Part shown: positions 22,761 to 34,607 of the stretch, one piece after another | Numbering within the stretch: the stretch's first letter is position 1 | How the letters are laid out: every line of letters starts with the position of its first letter | NCBI GenBank assembly: GCA_030390025.1 | Contig: CM059432.1 | Location: 147,128,001-147,192,000, forward strand | From: Squalus acanthias | Taxonomy: Eukaryota | Direction: 5' to 3' | DNA length: 64,000 bases | Notes under the pieces: model-generated | The model's database searches: none | Seen by the model: the letters and a program-made list of their open reading frames with translations, nothing else | Told to the model about the DNA's origin: nothing | Made by a program: the position numbers and the translations under genes

Positions 22761-22984
22761 AACAACATCTATTTCATTGCTATGAGTGCAGAAAACTCTG
22801 TCAGTGAGTCTGGCTGCTCTCTGCATGTGTGGCTTGCTGAACATAGACAAGGTTCAAAAAAATAAGGCCTGTTGTCAGCTTTCGCAACCCATGGAATTGT
22901 GGAGCTGAGTTTTGATGCAGACAAATTGATTGTCTCCATTTAATAGGAACTGCTGCAGAAACAATAAGAAGCCCTGGAAATCTG

Positions 22985-23207
22985 TCTGTGAAGTGGCTAG
23001 TTGAAAGATGAGGTGCTGTTCGTCAAGCTTGCGTTGAGCTTCATTGGAACAGTAGAGGAGGCCGAGGACAGGGACATCAAAGTGGGTGTGGGATGGAGAA
23101 TTAAAATGGCAAGCGACCAGAAGCTCAGAGTCACACTTGTGGACTGAATTTCATGCATTTTCTATTTTTATTTCAGATTTTCAGCTTCCGCAGTAATTTG
23201 CTTTTGT
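22985..23207 (-). mobile_element. Remnant of a second Penelope-like family (GIY-YIG C-terminus) with an inverted tail
   Basis: The minus strand gives LLVACHFNSPSHTH..VLGLLYCSNEAQRKLDEQHLIFQL. It is followed on + by a GCATTTTCT..ATTTCAGATTT tail resembling the end of 19840-19930 and 33180-33240. Confidence 0.65.
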
Positions 23208-23248
23208 TCTCATTAGTGGTGCCTGGCTGCCTCTACTTGGTGTTATTT

Positions 23249-23395
23249 ATGATGTGGAGATGCCGGTGTTGGAATGGGGTGGACAAATGTGAGAAGTCGC
23301 ACAACACCAGGTTATAGTCCAACAGCTTTATTTTCAATCACAAGCTTTCGGAGCGGCTGCTCCTTCGTCAGGTGAAGTCAAGTGAAAGCTTGTGA
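23249..23395 (-). mobile_element. Solo Penelope pLTR end with hammerhead motif (23338-23371)
   Basis: Homologous to 15058-15180. The minus strand reads CTGACGA-A-GGAGC-AGCC-GCTCC-GAAA-GCTTGTGA, and a short inverted copy GAAAGCTTGTGA lies at 23384-23395. Confidence 0.85.
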
Positions 23396-24290
23396 CATAA
23401 CCGGGTCCTGCTTAAAATACTGCCCTCGCCCATCCAGATAAGAATCGCTCAGTGCTTCAGGCCCCAGAATTTCTGGGCAACTCTCTGCAAGAGTGGTCTT
23501 AGCCAGCAGACTGTCTTTTTCTGTTGGTGAGTAAGAAATCGTTTAGGTCTGAAAGGGTGGGATTTGTGGTTTCTTGTCCTGGTGAATCAGAGCGGGAAAA
23601 AATATCCCCATTACGACCATCTTGTTGATGCGATGTGAGGATGATCCTTTTGTACAATTACAAACCAGTGGAGTAATTTTGCGAAAGGTTTTAACTGGAC
23701 GATGGAGATTCTGGGTAATAACATCACCTTGCATTTTTGTGATGTTCTTCACATGCAGGAAAACATCTCAAAGTGCTTTACATTAAAAGAGCGCAGCAGC
23801 AAACACTGTAGAGGAGGATGAAAGGATGAAATAGAGTGGGTTAGCAAGCGATCCCTCACCTCCTATTAATATTGGGGTGACTTGGGGTTTTGTTGTCGAC
23901 AGTGGAATGCCTAAATTCTGTCGCTAATGCAAAGAGATAAGAACAGTGGGCAGGACCAAGGACGCAAGGCAAGGTGAACAATGAAAGGAAGAATATACTG
24001 AAGAGCAGGAGTCTGTACATAGGAGTGGGAAAGCATAACTTAAATGTTAGTCAACTGTTGAAGCTGATATAGCCTTTGTACATGAGTATACAATCCCTTT
24101 TAACATTTACACGTGTGAGCTAGAGGTAGCTTGAGTCGAGAGAAGCGATGAATATGATCTGGTTCGAATAGTTCAGCTACAGCTGCGGTGGGAATGTTAT
24201 TATCGGACAATAATCTTGTAGTCAACTGAATCAAGGCATGTATTGATCACCAATTGGCCAACGAAAGAGTTCAAGTGCTGGAGAGATGTA

Positions 24291-24983
24291 GGGGGCAAAA
24301 CTGGGTGCCTTTGTGCCTCCCGTTAGCGCCCCTGACCAGGGCGCGGCACTGACATCAACTCCCGCCATATTCGGCGCGAGTTTTCCAGCGGCACTACGGC
24401 GTTGCGCCCTGATTTCCTTCGCCTGGAGATCGTGATGTCATCACCATGCGCAACGTCCCAGTAGCACCCTCGACGCGAAATTGACTTCCGCCCCCTGCAG
24501 CAACGCCGCGCAAAAACACCGACAGCTGCAGGAGGCGTGCATCGGGCGGCCGGCCACTTCGGGGGCAATGATTAAAGGCGACGTGGCCGAGGTAAGCAAA
24601 AAAAAAACTTACCTTTCTTGTTCCAGTTTTTTTCGCGGGTTCCTGCCCGCGATCGATCAGCCTGACGCTCTGCTTGAGTGCCGGGCTGATCGCCCGGGAT
24701 CGCGGCTGCCTTGGTGGTCCAGGTCGGTACTTGTTAACTTGCAGAGCCTGCAGCGATGGCCCTTCCCTTTAAGGGAGGGAAGGAGCCTTTGAACGCGGCG
24801 GCGCTGCACGGCCCAGTGTGCAGCGCTGCTGAAGTCTCCACCTCGCTCTCCAACGTTAGCGCCCTAAGAAGGAAGTGGACGCTTGATTTCACGCTCCACT
24901 TCCTTCTTGGAGCTAAAAACGGCGAATTTTTCAAAAGTTTGAAATCGTTAGCGCCTGGCGGGACGATAGTGAATTTCTCCCCC
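24291..24983. mobile_element. GC-rich MITE (probable Harbinger type)
   Basis: Imperfect TIR GGGGGCAAAACT / AATTTCTCCCCC; repeated TTAGCGCC motifs; related to 32670-33178. No clean TSD. Confidence 0.65.
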
Positions 24984-26210
24984 TGAGACACTTTGTCACC
25001 AACAGGATGTAGATGTTGGGTGGGGATTATAACTATGGCAGATAGGGAGATTTGGTGCATCTGTCACACATCAAAGACTATGGAGTAAATTTTACAATCC
25101 AGAGCTTTGGACGGCCTCTCTGTAATTCATGCCTGGAGATCATGTGCCTGATTTGAGGTCTGCATAATTTTCAGCTTCTCATCACGGGGACTGGCCTCCA
25201 ATTGCATGAAGTTCTAATTTTGCTTTCTGCAGGCTCGGTTCATTTGGGTTGAGAAAGACTCGACATGAGTGGCTGGAATTGCCACAGGGGGTCGGTCGGT
25301 CACCTCATGTGTTGTGATTGGTTATTCTGTCATCTCAAATATGTAGCAGAATGTTCCAGGCCTGGAGGCTGTTTGAGCCGGTTTTGTTCTGTGTCAGAAA
25401 AAAAACAACCAGCTGACCTTGGAAGTTTCTTGTTTGTTGAGAATGAAATAGGCCTACGAAACTCGAACTCAAGTAACTCAGTCCTTAAGATGGAGAGGGG
25501 TGCGGTGGGGGAGGGGGTGATGGGATGTCCCACAGAATGTCTTTGAGGAGAGGGGTTGATTGACAGTCCCGTACTCAAACTAGAAGTTTGCTGCTTGTTC
25601 CTCATGTTCCACTGTCCCACAGTTCATGAATAGATGTGGATGCAAAGGTTCCACGGAGCTGGCCTGAACAGTGGTTTACAGTCAAAAACACATGGGGAGA
25701 GAAATTGGACTCTGTAGTGCACGTTTTGTAGGTAATTGGCACTACTAATGCTAAAAATGGCGTCCGAGTTGCGCGCACACACTTCTGATGGGAAGTACAC
25801 CAGATGTCATCTTGGTAAAGGGGCTTGCACGCGTGTACCCTCTAACGACCGCTGGCATCATGCAGAGCAGGCAGATTATAAGGTCAATCAGTGTGCAATG
25901 CTGATCCGACGCCAGCGCTGCCATATTTGAACGCCACGTTCCAGCCTATGCCCTGTCTTAACCTCGCACAGCTCAATGTGATGTTAAACATCATGAAGGA
26001 CCCCTCATCACTGCTACTTAAAGGGATCATCAGCTACTTACAGATTAATTCTTGGATTATTTCTTTTGGCTGTGGGTGCAATTCCGTGCATTTTTGGAGC
26101 TTTCCTCTACTTGACTAAAGTTTCAGTAGTCTATAGGGAGTGGTCTGGCTGGTACTATGGTACTTTTTTGTTCATTTAAAACCTTGTGCTGAAACAAGTT
26201 GCTTCCAGAC

Positions 26211-26945
26211 ATGGGTGGCCTGGTAGGGCTTCCTCTGGGAATTTGAGCATGACTGGGGGAATGAAGAGAGGCCCTGTAGAGCAGGACAAGCTGCTGGAAG
26301 AGGGAGGAGGAGGAGGAGAGAAGAGTTCTCAGCAGGAGGCAAAATCTGCCCAGGGTCTTTAGGGAAAAATTCTCTTACCTTAACTTCAGTGACAACTAAT
26401 GTTGAGTATATTCAAGATGCGGAGATGCCGGTGTTGGACTGGGGTGGACAAAAATGAGAAGTCGCACACCTGGTGTTGTGCGAGTATATTCAAGACAGAG
26501 ATCGATAGATTTTTGGATATTAAGGGAATCAAGGGATATGGGGATAGTGCGGGAAGGTGGAGTTGAGGTAGATGATCAGCCATGATCTTATTGAATGGTG
26601 AAGCAGGCTCGAAGGGCCAAATGGCCGACTCCTGCTCCTATTTCTTATGTTTTTATGTTCAATGCTTCACTAAAGAGGTCGTGACTGAAATCTGCCAACT
26701 GCTGCAGCCACAACTGCAACTTCAGAGCAGGGCAAGGACCGCAATGCCTGTGGCTGTCAAGGTGACCGTGGCTCTTAACTTTTATGCAGCTGGCTCCTTC
26801 CAGGCTGCTGCTGGAGATATAAGCAACATCTCACAGTTTGTAGTACACTCCTGCATAAGGGAGGACAAGCAGGTGGAGTGGGCACGAGATTTTCTCAGAT
26901 TGCAGGCTTCCCCATGGTGCTGGGTGCCATTGATTGCACGCACAA
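26211..26945 (+). pseudogene. Harbinger DDE transposase, N-terminal part only
   Basis: PRVFREKFSYLNFSD, FTKEVVTEICQLL..VAVKVTVALNFYAAGSFQ..ISQ and GFPMVLGAIDCTH (first catalytic Asp). Frameshifted, interrupted by 26395-26660, and the remainder is deleted. Confidence 0.9.
26395..26660 (+). mobile_element. CR1 3' tail containing a 64-bp Penelope pLTR mini-insertion (26418-26481)
   Basis: CR1 3' UTR ending TTCTTATGTTTTTATG. The insert matches 15060-15118 and is flanked by a 14-bp TSD GAGTATATTCAAGA (26404-26417, 26482-26495). Confidence 0.88.
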
Positions 26946-27105
26946 TAGCAGCATGGGTGGTGGAAGGCTGCTAACCTTCAATTGAGGAGACTGCACATGG
27001 CCTTGGAGGGCGACCTCGAACAGCTCTGGGCCTAGTAGGCCTGGTCTCAGACTGCACCATCTTAGCCTGGGCTACAGCAGTCTGGGCTGGCTGGCTGACA
27101 GGCAA

Positions 27106-27352
27106 CATACGAACATAAGAAATAGGAGCAGGATTGGCCATTCGGCCCCTCGAGCCTGCTCCGGCATTCACTAAGATCGTAGCTGAACTTCTACATCAAC
27201 TCCACTTTCCCGCCCTATCCCCATATCCCTTGATTCCCCTAGTGCCCAAAAATCTATTGATCTCTGTCTTGAATATCCTCAACGACTGAGCATCCACAGC
27301 CCTCTGGGGTAGAGAATTCCAAAGATTCACAACCCTCTGAGTGAAGAAATTT
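27106..27352 (-). mobile_element. CR1 3' tail
   Basis: Reverse complement of the CR1 3' UTR seen at 32390-32640. Confidence 0.88.
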
Positions 27353-27424
27353 TTGCTGCAGAAGACTCAGATGAGCACTTCAGTGGAGCAGGCTACCTAA
27401 GATGGCTGATGGATATGCACAATG

Positions 27425-29695
27425 AATCAAAGAATCATAGAAATTTACAACACAGAAGGAGACCATTCAGCCCATCTTGTCCGTGCCGGCCGACAAAGAG
27501 CTCTCCACCCTAATCCCACTTTCCAGCTCTTGGTCCGTAGCCTTGTAGGTTACGGCACTTCAAGTGCATATCCAAGTACTTTTTAAATGTGATGAGGGTT
27601 TCTGCCTCTACCACCCTTTCAGGCAATGAGTTGCAGACCCCAACACCCTTTGGGTGAAAACATTTCTCCTCAACTCCCCTCTAATCCTTCTACCAATTAC
27701 TTTAAATCTATGGCCCCTGGTTATCGACCTCTCTGCTGAGGGAAATAGGTCCTTCCTATCCACTCTTTCTAGGCCGCTCATAATTTTATACACCTCAATT
27801 AGGTCTCCCCTTAGCCTCCTCTGTTTCAAAGAGAACAACCCCAGCCTATCCAATCTTTCCCCATAGCTAAAATTCCCCAGCCCAGGCAACATCCTCGTAA
27901 ATCTCCTCTGCACCCCCTCTAGTGCAATCACATCCTTCCTGTAATGTGGTGACCAGAACTGCACGCAGTATTCTAGCTGTGGCCTAACTAGTGTTTTATA
28001 CAATTCAAGCTTAACCTTCCTGCTCTTATATTCTATGCCTCAGCTAATAAAGGAAAGTATCCCGTATGCCTTCTTAACCACCTTAGCTACCTGTCCTGCT
28101 ACCTTCAGGGATCTGTGGACATGCACTCCAAGGTCCCTCTGTTCCTCTGCACTTCTCAGTGTCCTACCATTTATTGTGTATTCCCTTTCCTTGTTATCCC
28201 TCCCCAAATGCATTACCTCACACTTCTCCAGATTGAATTCCATCTGCCACTGTTCTGCCCACCTGACCAATCCAGTCTACAGCTTTCGTCTTCATTATCA
28301 ACCACGCGGCCAATTTTTGTATCATCTGCAAACTTCTTAATCATACTTCCTACATCCAAGTCCAAATCATTGATATATACCATAAAAAGCAAAGGACCCA
28401 GTACAGAGCCCTGCGGAACCCCACTAGAAACAGCCTTCCACTCACAAAAACACCCTTCGACCATTACCCTTTGTTTCCTGCCTCTGAGACAATTTCAGAT
28501 CCAACTTGCCACTTTGCCCTGGATCTCATGGGTTTTTACTTTCATGACCAGTCTGCCTTGCTAAAATCCAAATAGACTACATCAAACGCATTATCCTCAT
28601 CGACCCTCCTTGTTACCTCCTCAAAAAGTTCAATCAAGTTAGTCAGACACGACCTTCCCTTAACAAATCCGTGCTAACTGTCCCTGATTAATCCATGTCT
28701 TTCTAAATGAAGATTTATCCTGTCCCTCAGAAGTTTTTCCAATAATTTTCCCACCACCGAGGTTAGGCTGACTGGCCTGTAAATACTCAGTCTATCCCTT
28801 TCTCCCTTTTTAAACAACGGTACCACGTTAGCAGTCCTCCGGCACCACACCTGCAGCCAGAGAGGATTGGAAAATAATGGTCAGAGCCTCTGCTATTTCT
28901 TCCCTTACTTCTCTTAACAGTTTGGGATACATTTCATCCGGGCCTGGGGTTTTGTCCACTTTCAAAGATGCTAAATCCCTTAATATTTCCTCTTTCACTA
29001 TGCTTATTTCATCTAATATTTCACACTCCTCCTCCATGATTGCAATGTCTGCATCGTCCCTCTCCTTTGTGAAAACAGACGCAAAGTATTCATTAAGAAC
29101 CCTACCATATCTTTCGCCTCCACACACAGGTTACCTTTATGGTCCCTAATAGGTCCTACTCTTACTTTAGTTATCCTCTTGCTCTTAATGTATTTATAAA
29201 ACATCTTTGGGTTTTCCTTGATGTTACTTGCCAATATTTTTCATGCCCCCTCTTTGCTTTCCTAATTTCCTTTTTAATTTCACCCCTGCACTTTCTATAC
29301 TCCTCTAGGCTTTCTACAGTATTGAGCCCTCGGTATCAGTCATAAGCTTCCCTTTTTTTCTTTATCCTACCTGTATGCCCCTTGATATCCAGGGGGCTCA
29401 GATTTGGAAGTCCCACCCTTTCTTTAAGGGAACATACTTGCTCTGAACCCTCACTATCTCCTCCTTGAATGCCTCCCACTGCTCTGACACTGATTTACCT
29501 TCAAGTTTCTGTCTCCAGTCCACTTTGGATAAATCACATCTCAGCTTAGTAAAATTAGCTTTTCCCCAATTAAGAACTTTTATTCCTGGTCTATCCTTGT
29601 CCTTTTCCAGAACTACCCTAAATCTAACTGAATTATGATCACTACCACCAATATGCTCTCCCACTGATACCCTTTCCACCTGCCCAGCTTAATTC
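27425..29695 (-). mobile_element. CR1 LINE, 2.3-kb ORF2 fragment with 3' tail
   Basis: [46 protein letters not shown] and [18 protein letters not shown]. Confidence 0.93.
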
Positions 29696-29830
29696 CCCTG
29701 GTTCATCGAAGTCCTCATCTCAGTCCTCTGCAGCAGAACTAGTGTGCGAACTCCTGGCTCGTGTGCACTTGTGCCTGGTGTCTCACCACATGCAGACCCC
29801 TCCTCTATCCTAGCCTCTAAAATACACACA

Positions 29831-30674
29831 GGGCTCAATTTTCACCGGCCCGTGGAGGCGGGTTTGGAGGCAGGAGTGGTGTGAAAATAGCAGATTCGGG
29901 GGTCCCGAACCCATCCCGCCCCCAACCCGCCTCCATGCCAGTTTCCCAGGAGGCGGGTCCCCGACCTGTGCTGGGACCCGCCTCCCCGAGGCGGGAAGGG
30001 GATTAGTACCAATAAACTGCCTGTTAACAGGTAGTTAACAGGCAGTTTTTTGCCTGATCCCTATTTTTAGCCCTGAAGTGTGGGCTTCCCGACAGGTCCG
30101 AACCACGCCGATTTAGCGAGGCGGACCGTCGGTCTGGAGGGCTTGGAGGGGTCGAGATGTCCGGTGTGCAGGTGAGTGATGGGTGCATGAGTGCAGAGGT
30201 AAGTGCGTTTGGTGTGTGTAAAGTGTTTTAAGAACTTGTGCTTACCTTAACTTTGTCCTGCAGGTTAGCTTCTTTAAGGTGTCGGGAGTCCCTCACATCC
30301 ACGGCACAGAAAGCAGAATGGCCGCGGAGCTGTCAAAAGCTGCAGTCTCTGCTTTCTGTGCTGGATTGATTTCTAACTGAGTCTAAGTACAGGGACTCAA
30401 GTTAGAAATCATATTGTCAGTGTTTGACAGCTTCACAGAGCTGTCAAACACTGAAATTTCATCTGTCAAAAGCTCTTGACAGATGAAATTTCAATGGCTG
30501 ACGTCACCTGTATCCAAGGGACCCTTGATTGGCCTGCTAAGCCCGCTGGGCGGGCTTAACAAGGTCAATCAAGGGAAAATACAGTGGGTTGGCCACAAGT
30601 CGATGAAGGCGGGACTACAACCCAAAAAGTGGGAGTCCCGTCTCCATCACGTCCCCATTGACAAAATCCAGCCC
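29831..30674. mobile_element. Harbinger-type MITE inserted in exon 3 of the Myb gene of element A
   Basis: GGGCTCAATTTT / AAAATCCAGCCC ends; TSD ACA (29828-29830, 30675-30677). Confidence 0.88.
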
Positions 30675-31630
30675 ACAGTGTCAGTATCTGAGCTGGTGAC
30701 TGCGACTGTGAGATTGAGTAACGTTGTCTCTTCATCTTCACTTTCTTCTTTCCTCTTCCTCCACTGACTGGGCAGCTTTCAGTTCTTAGGGGATCTGAAA
30801 TGAAAAAGGGACAAGGGTTGGGTTGTGGTGAGGGGAGAAGAGAAAGTATGAAGTGTGCGTTTACACCCTCTGCAGCTTCTCACTGAGAAGAGACTGAGAG
30901 ATGAGGGAGAAGTGGGATGAGAAAAGCAGGATTAGGTGTGCGGATACCCACATCGTCAATCGCTCCAGCTCCGGCAGTGGCCACAGCCTCAGCGATGCCC
31001 CTTCCCATGATGGCCAGCACTGTCTCCTCCATGGGGGTTAAAACATGCAGGCGCGCTTGTCCTCCTCCAGTTCTTTCCTGCTGCCTGCTGTTATGCGCCA
31101 CCTTCTCCTGCAAGAAAGAGGGAAGTGTGTCAGTGAGTGTCCTGCAATATGTTTGGGTGATGTGGCTGTCATGGTTGAATAGCTACCAGTGTGCAAGCTG
31201 TGAGTTGTGGATGCGAGGCTTGCAACAGTGCTAACTATGTGAGGGTGAGGTAAAGCATACGAATGGTAGGGTTGAGTCCTGATTGATAGAGATTGTTGGT
31301 GGGTAAGTTATGGGGGGTGTAGTAAATTGAGCAGTGGATGAGGCCAGTGGTGGAGTTGGTAGGATATGCCATTTGAAGGTGAAGTCATTCACCTTGTCAA
31401 CTCGTGTGAGATCATTAAAATTCTTCCTGCACTGCATCCATGTTCGAGGAGCAACGCGCCTGGCATTGACGTCCACTGCTATTTCTTCCCACTGCCTCCT
31501 GAGCATGTGTCTGGAGGGCCTCCTGCCCCCCTGTGGATACAGGACATCTCTGCTTTTTACATCTTGCACCAAGACCTCCAGCGCTGTGTCTGAAAACCTT
31601 GGTGCATGCTCTCTCCCACGGTCAGTATTC
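30675..31630 (-). pseudogene. Myb/SANT-like gene of Harbinger A: exon 1 about 31630-31393, exon 2 31107-30948, exon 3 from 30794
   Basis: APRFSDTALEVLV..QWEEIA..RTWMQCRKNFNDL|gtgaat; ttgcag|EKVAHNSRQQERTGGG..|gtatcc; tttcag|acidic exon 3. Probable further pieces lie near 29700-29830, 27353-27424 and 26970-27105. Confidence 0.85.
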
Positions 31631-32154
31631 TTCACCCTTGCAGAGGACAGATTCACTTCTGAAACGACTCCCAGCACCTATTCCAGCCACAATGCACCTC
31701 CCCTTTGAGAGGTGCAGGCTGCCTTTAAAGTAACGCTAGGCACCCTTTGCCGATTCGTGCAGCCAATGAACAGCTCAGGGAGGTGCTGGCTGCACGCAGC
31801 AATTATTTAAAACAGCAGGCAGCACAAATTGGACGTACTGCCTGCATCACAGCGAATGGGCGTGGGTTAATCACGCATCGCGATCCCTGCGCCCATTTTC
31901 GGGTGTTATCCAATTTAACCACTATGATCCTCTGCTATCTCAAACCAGGAGAACACAAGAGGGTTTGTGTTAATTCCAGTGAGTAAATTACAGCTCACTC
32001 TCCGGGCAATGTTATATTTCCAGATATTGTGTGTATAAGATCACACTTTCTACCGGCTCACTTACAGGAGTATTTCTTTGTGTTGAGCACAAGAGAACCA
32101 TCTGGGAAATTGTAAAATTAAAATTGTAATTATCATATTTTAATTGGTTAATTT

Positions 32155-32642
32155 AATTGATTCCGGAGATGAAGGGGTTGTCTTATGAAGAAAGGTTGAG
32201 CAGGTTGGGCCTATACTCATTGGAGTTTAGAAGAATGAGAGGGGATCTTATTGAAACATATAAGATTCTGAAGGATCTTGACAGGGTAGATGCAGAGAGG
32301 ATGTTTCCCCTCGTGGGGGAATCTAGAACTAGAGGACATAGTTTCAGAATAAGGGGGCGCCCATTTAAAATGGAAATGAGGAGGAATTTCTTCTCTCAGA
32401 GGGTCGTGAATCTTTGGAATTCTCTTCCCCAGATAGCTGTGGAGGCTGGGTCATTGAATATATTTAAGGTGGAGATAAACAGATTTTTGAAAGGTAAGGG
32501 AGTCAAGGGTTATGGGGAGCAGGCAGGGAAGTGGAGTTGAGGCCAAGATGAGATCAGCCATGATCTTATTGAATGGCGGAGCAGGCTCGAGGGGCCAAAT
32601 GACCCACGCCTGCTCCTACGTCTTATGTTCTTATATTCTTAT
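32155..32642 (+). mobile_element. 5'-truncated CR1 LINE
   Basis: ORF 32157-32540 [29 protein letters not shown], with a TCTTATGTTCTTAT tail. Confidence 0.93.
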
Positions 32643-32669
32643 AATAGAATTGTAGAGGATGGAGCCTCT

Positions 32670-33178
32670 CCCTGCTCAGTGCAGCCTTGAATCTCGGCCT
32701 GGAGAGACCTCAAAAGCAATTGTGTTGGATGCACTAATGGATGGGCCCAGGGAAAGAGCTCGGCGCTTAGGAACCTCAAAAGTGGTGCTGAGGGCCAAAA
32801 CTCCTTCGGACAGCGTTAAAACCAAAAGTTTTGCCGACAAGAAAAGGCAGGAAGCGGCCGCCTTTAAATAGCGCTCCCCCAGCCCCTTCCCAACTTGAAA
32901 ACGCTCCCCTCTACCTGTCGTTGCTAGCGGCAGGCGGTAAGGCAGGGGGCGTGACTCAATATCCGGTCTGGGGCGCTACCGGGGCGTTGCACGCTTGACT
33001 GACGTCACGATCTGTGGGCGCAGGAGATCGTGGCGGTAGTGTTTAGCGCCGCCGCAAAATGACGTCAATTTCGCGAGCGGCGCTAAAATCGCCGGGCTCG
33101 GGAGCTAAGTTCCTAGCGCCCCATTAGCGCCCCCCGGAGGCGCTAACGGGAGGCGCTAACCAACCGAATTTTTCCCCC
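32670..33178. mobile_element. One-ended MITE related to 24291-24983 (opposite orientation)
   Basis: The end GCGCTAACGGGAGGCG..AATTTTTCCCCC mirrors the start at 24291; the left boundary is uncertain. Confidence 0.6.
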
Positions 33179-34380
33179 TAAGTATTTGTAGCGTTTTTTG
33201 ATTTATTTCAGATTTCCAGTTTGCAGTTTTGCTTTTTTGCTCGTTTGTTGTCTGATGGGAGTAATTGTATAGTTTTTCTTTGCCACATGATAATAGAGTA
33301 CTTTCAGGTAATTGGTTTTGTTAACATTGTGGGGGAGTTTCTGAAAAATTATGAATGTTGTGAATTATGTTGTTCTGCATATTCTATGTGTGTGTGTTGA
33401 TTTAATGCCTAATAAATAATAAGTTGAGTTTTATCTTTTTATCGCTTTCACTCTTCATCTTTTTTGCTCTTTTTTCTTTTATTCTCTTTTGAAATAATCC
33501 TGTGACTGACAGTCTCTAACCCGTTTTTGATGTCTTTTTCAACTAACTGGAATAAGTTCGGACAGTCTCGAACAAGTTGCTCGTGAGCATGGCCCACAGC
33601 AAAAAAACTGCCACAATCCGGTACTAACTGGGACTAAATTGGCAATGTCAGGTGGAGCGACCTCAGGATGGCTGCGCTGGGGGACGATAGTGTTACACTG
33701 GTGTAGTACAGGGTGACTTTCTGAGCTTGGGCTGATGAGCACATTGAGGGAAGTGTTAAGGGCCGGTTTAATTCATCGCACTCCTCGCTCACAGCCTTGC
33801 TGCCCAGGAGTGTATAATGGGAAAATAAGGCCCAAGGTGCTGTGGAAATCAAGCATGAGGGCTCGATTTTGCCAGGCCTGAGGAGGCGGGATTGGAGGCG
33901 TGTGTGAGGTGTTAAAATCGCAAAAAATGGCGATCGGACCCGATCCCGCCTCCATCCCGCCTCCGAGCAATTTTCCCAGAATCGTGGTTTCAGACCCCGT
34001 TTCCATCCCGCCTCCAAGAGACAGGATAGGCCTTTAAGAACCATTTAATTGCCTCTATAATCCCATTTTGAGAGGCCTTTCTGATTTTTAGACATTTCCC
34101 CCATGCTGCACGCCTCCGCTGGAACATGCCAGGTAATCCTGGCGGCCTCACAAGTGGATGGCTTACTAACAGCTGCAGCTCCACCATTAAAAAGGAGTTT
34201 TCACCAATGATCATTTGCACGTGGCAGAACTTTGTTGTCTCAGGTCTGGGGAACTTTTAGCAGGCCTACTCATTGTTGTGGAAGTTTGGAGCCTGAGACC
34301 CATCTCCAGTGTGACCTCCTGGGAAACCCCTCTCCCCACCTTGACAGAGCACTTCCTCAGCTGAGGTATATACCAGAAGC

Positions 34381-34607
34381 ATGGGAACCATTTATTTCCT
34401 TTCCTCCTGGACATTGGATTCGGACAAAGACCAGCCGCGGCAGCAGCAGAACCATGAACAACAGCACCACCAATAGCAGCAGCAACAACAGGAGCGCCAA
34501 GCTGCTGCTCACCCACCTGAAGCTGCACAGGCCAGAAGGCGCCAGAGCGCGGCCACATTGTTGCCCGGAATGCAAGGGACGCACTCATGATGGCCAGATT
34601 TGCTTAG
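34381..34607 (+). pseudogene. Fused N- and C-terminal stubs of the Harbinger B transposase
   Basis: ATG at 34381 starts a Q/E/H-rich low-complexity leader ending RRRQ. It is joined to ARDALMMARFA* (34572-34607), which resembles Harbinger transposase C-termini. No DDE core is present. Confidence 0.55.

Larger units (their letters stand above)
25695..31923. mobile_element. PIF/Harbinger transposon A (decayed): transposase on +, spliced Myb/SANT gene on -, several nested insertions
   Basis: Convergent transposase and Myb-like remnants; degenerate TIR (AAATTGGA / TCCAATTT core); candidate TSD ATG (25692-25694, 31924-31926). Confidence 0.75.

Noticed and set aside
25211..25252. Strong acceptor-like TTTTGCTTTCTGCAG as the next PDE1 exon
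   Set aside because: In the required phase it reads GSVHLG then a stop, with no similarity to the expected FIDFIVEP.
26582..26974. Host HARBI1 gene
   Set aside because: Frameshifted, truncated after the first catalytic Asp, interrupted by CR1 and paired with a Myb gene inside a transposon.
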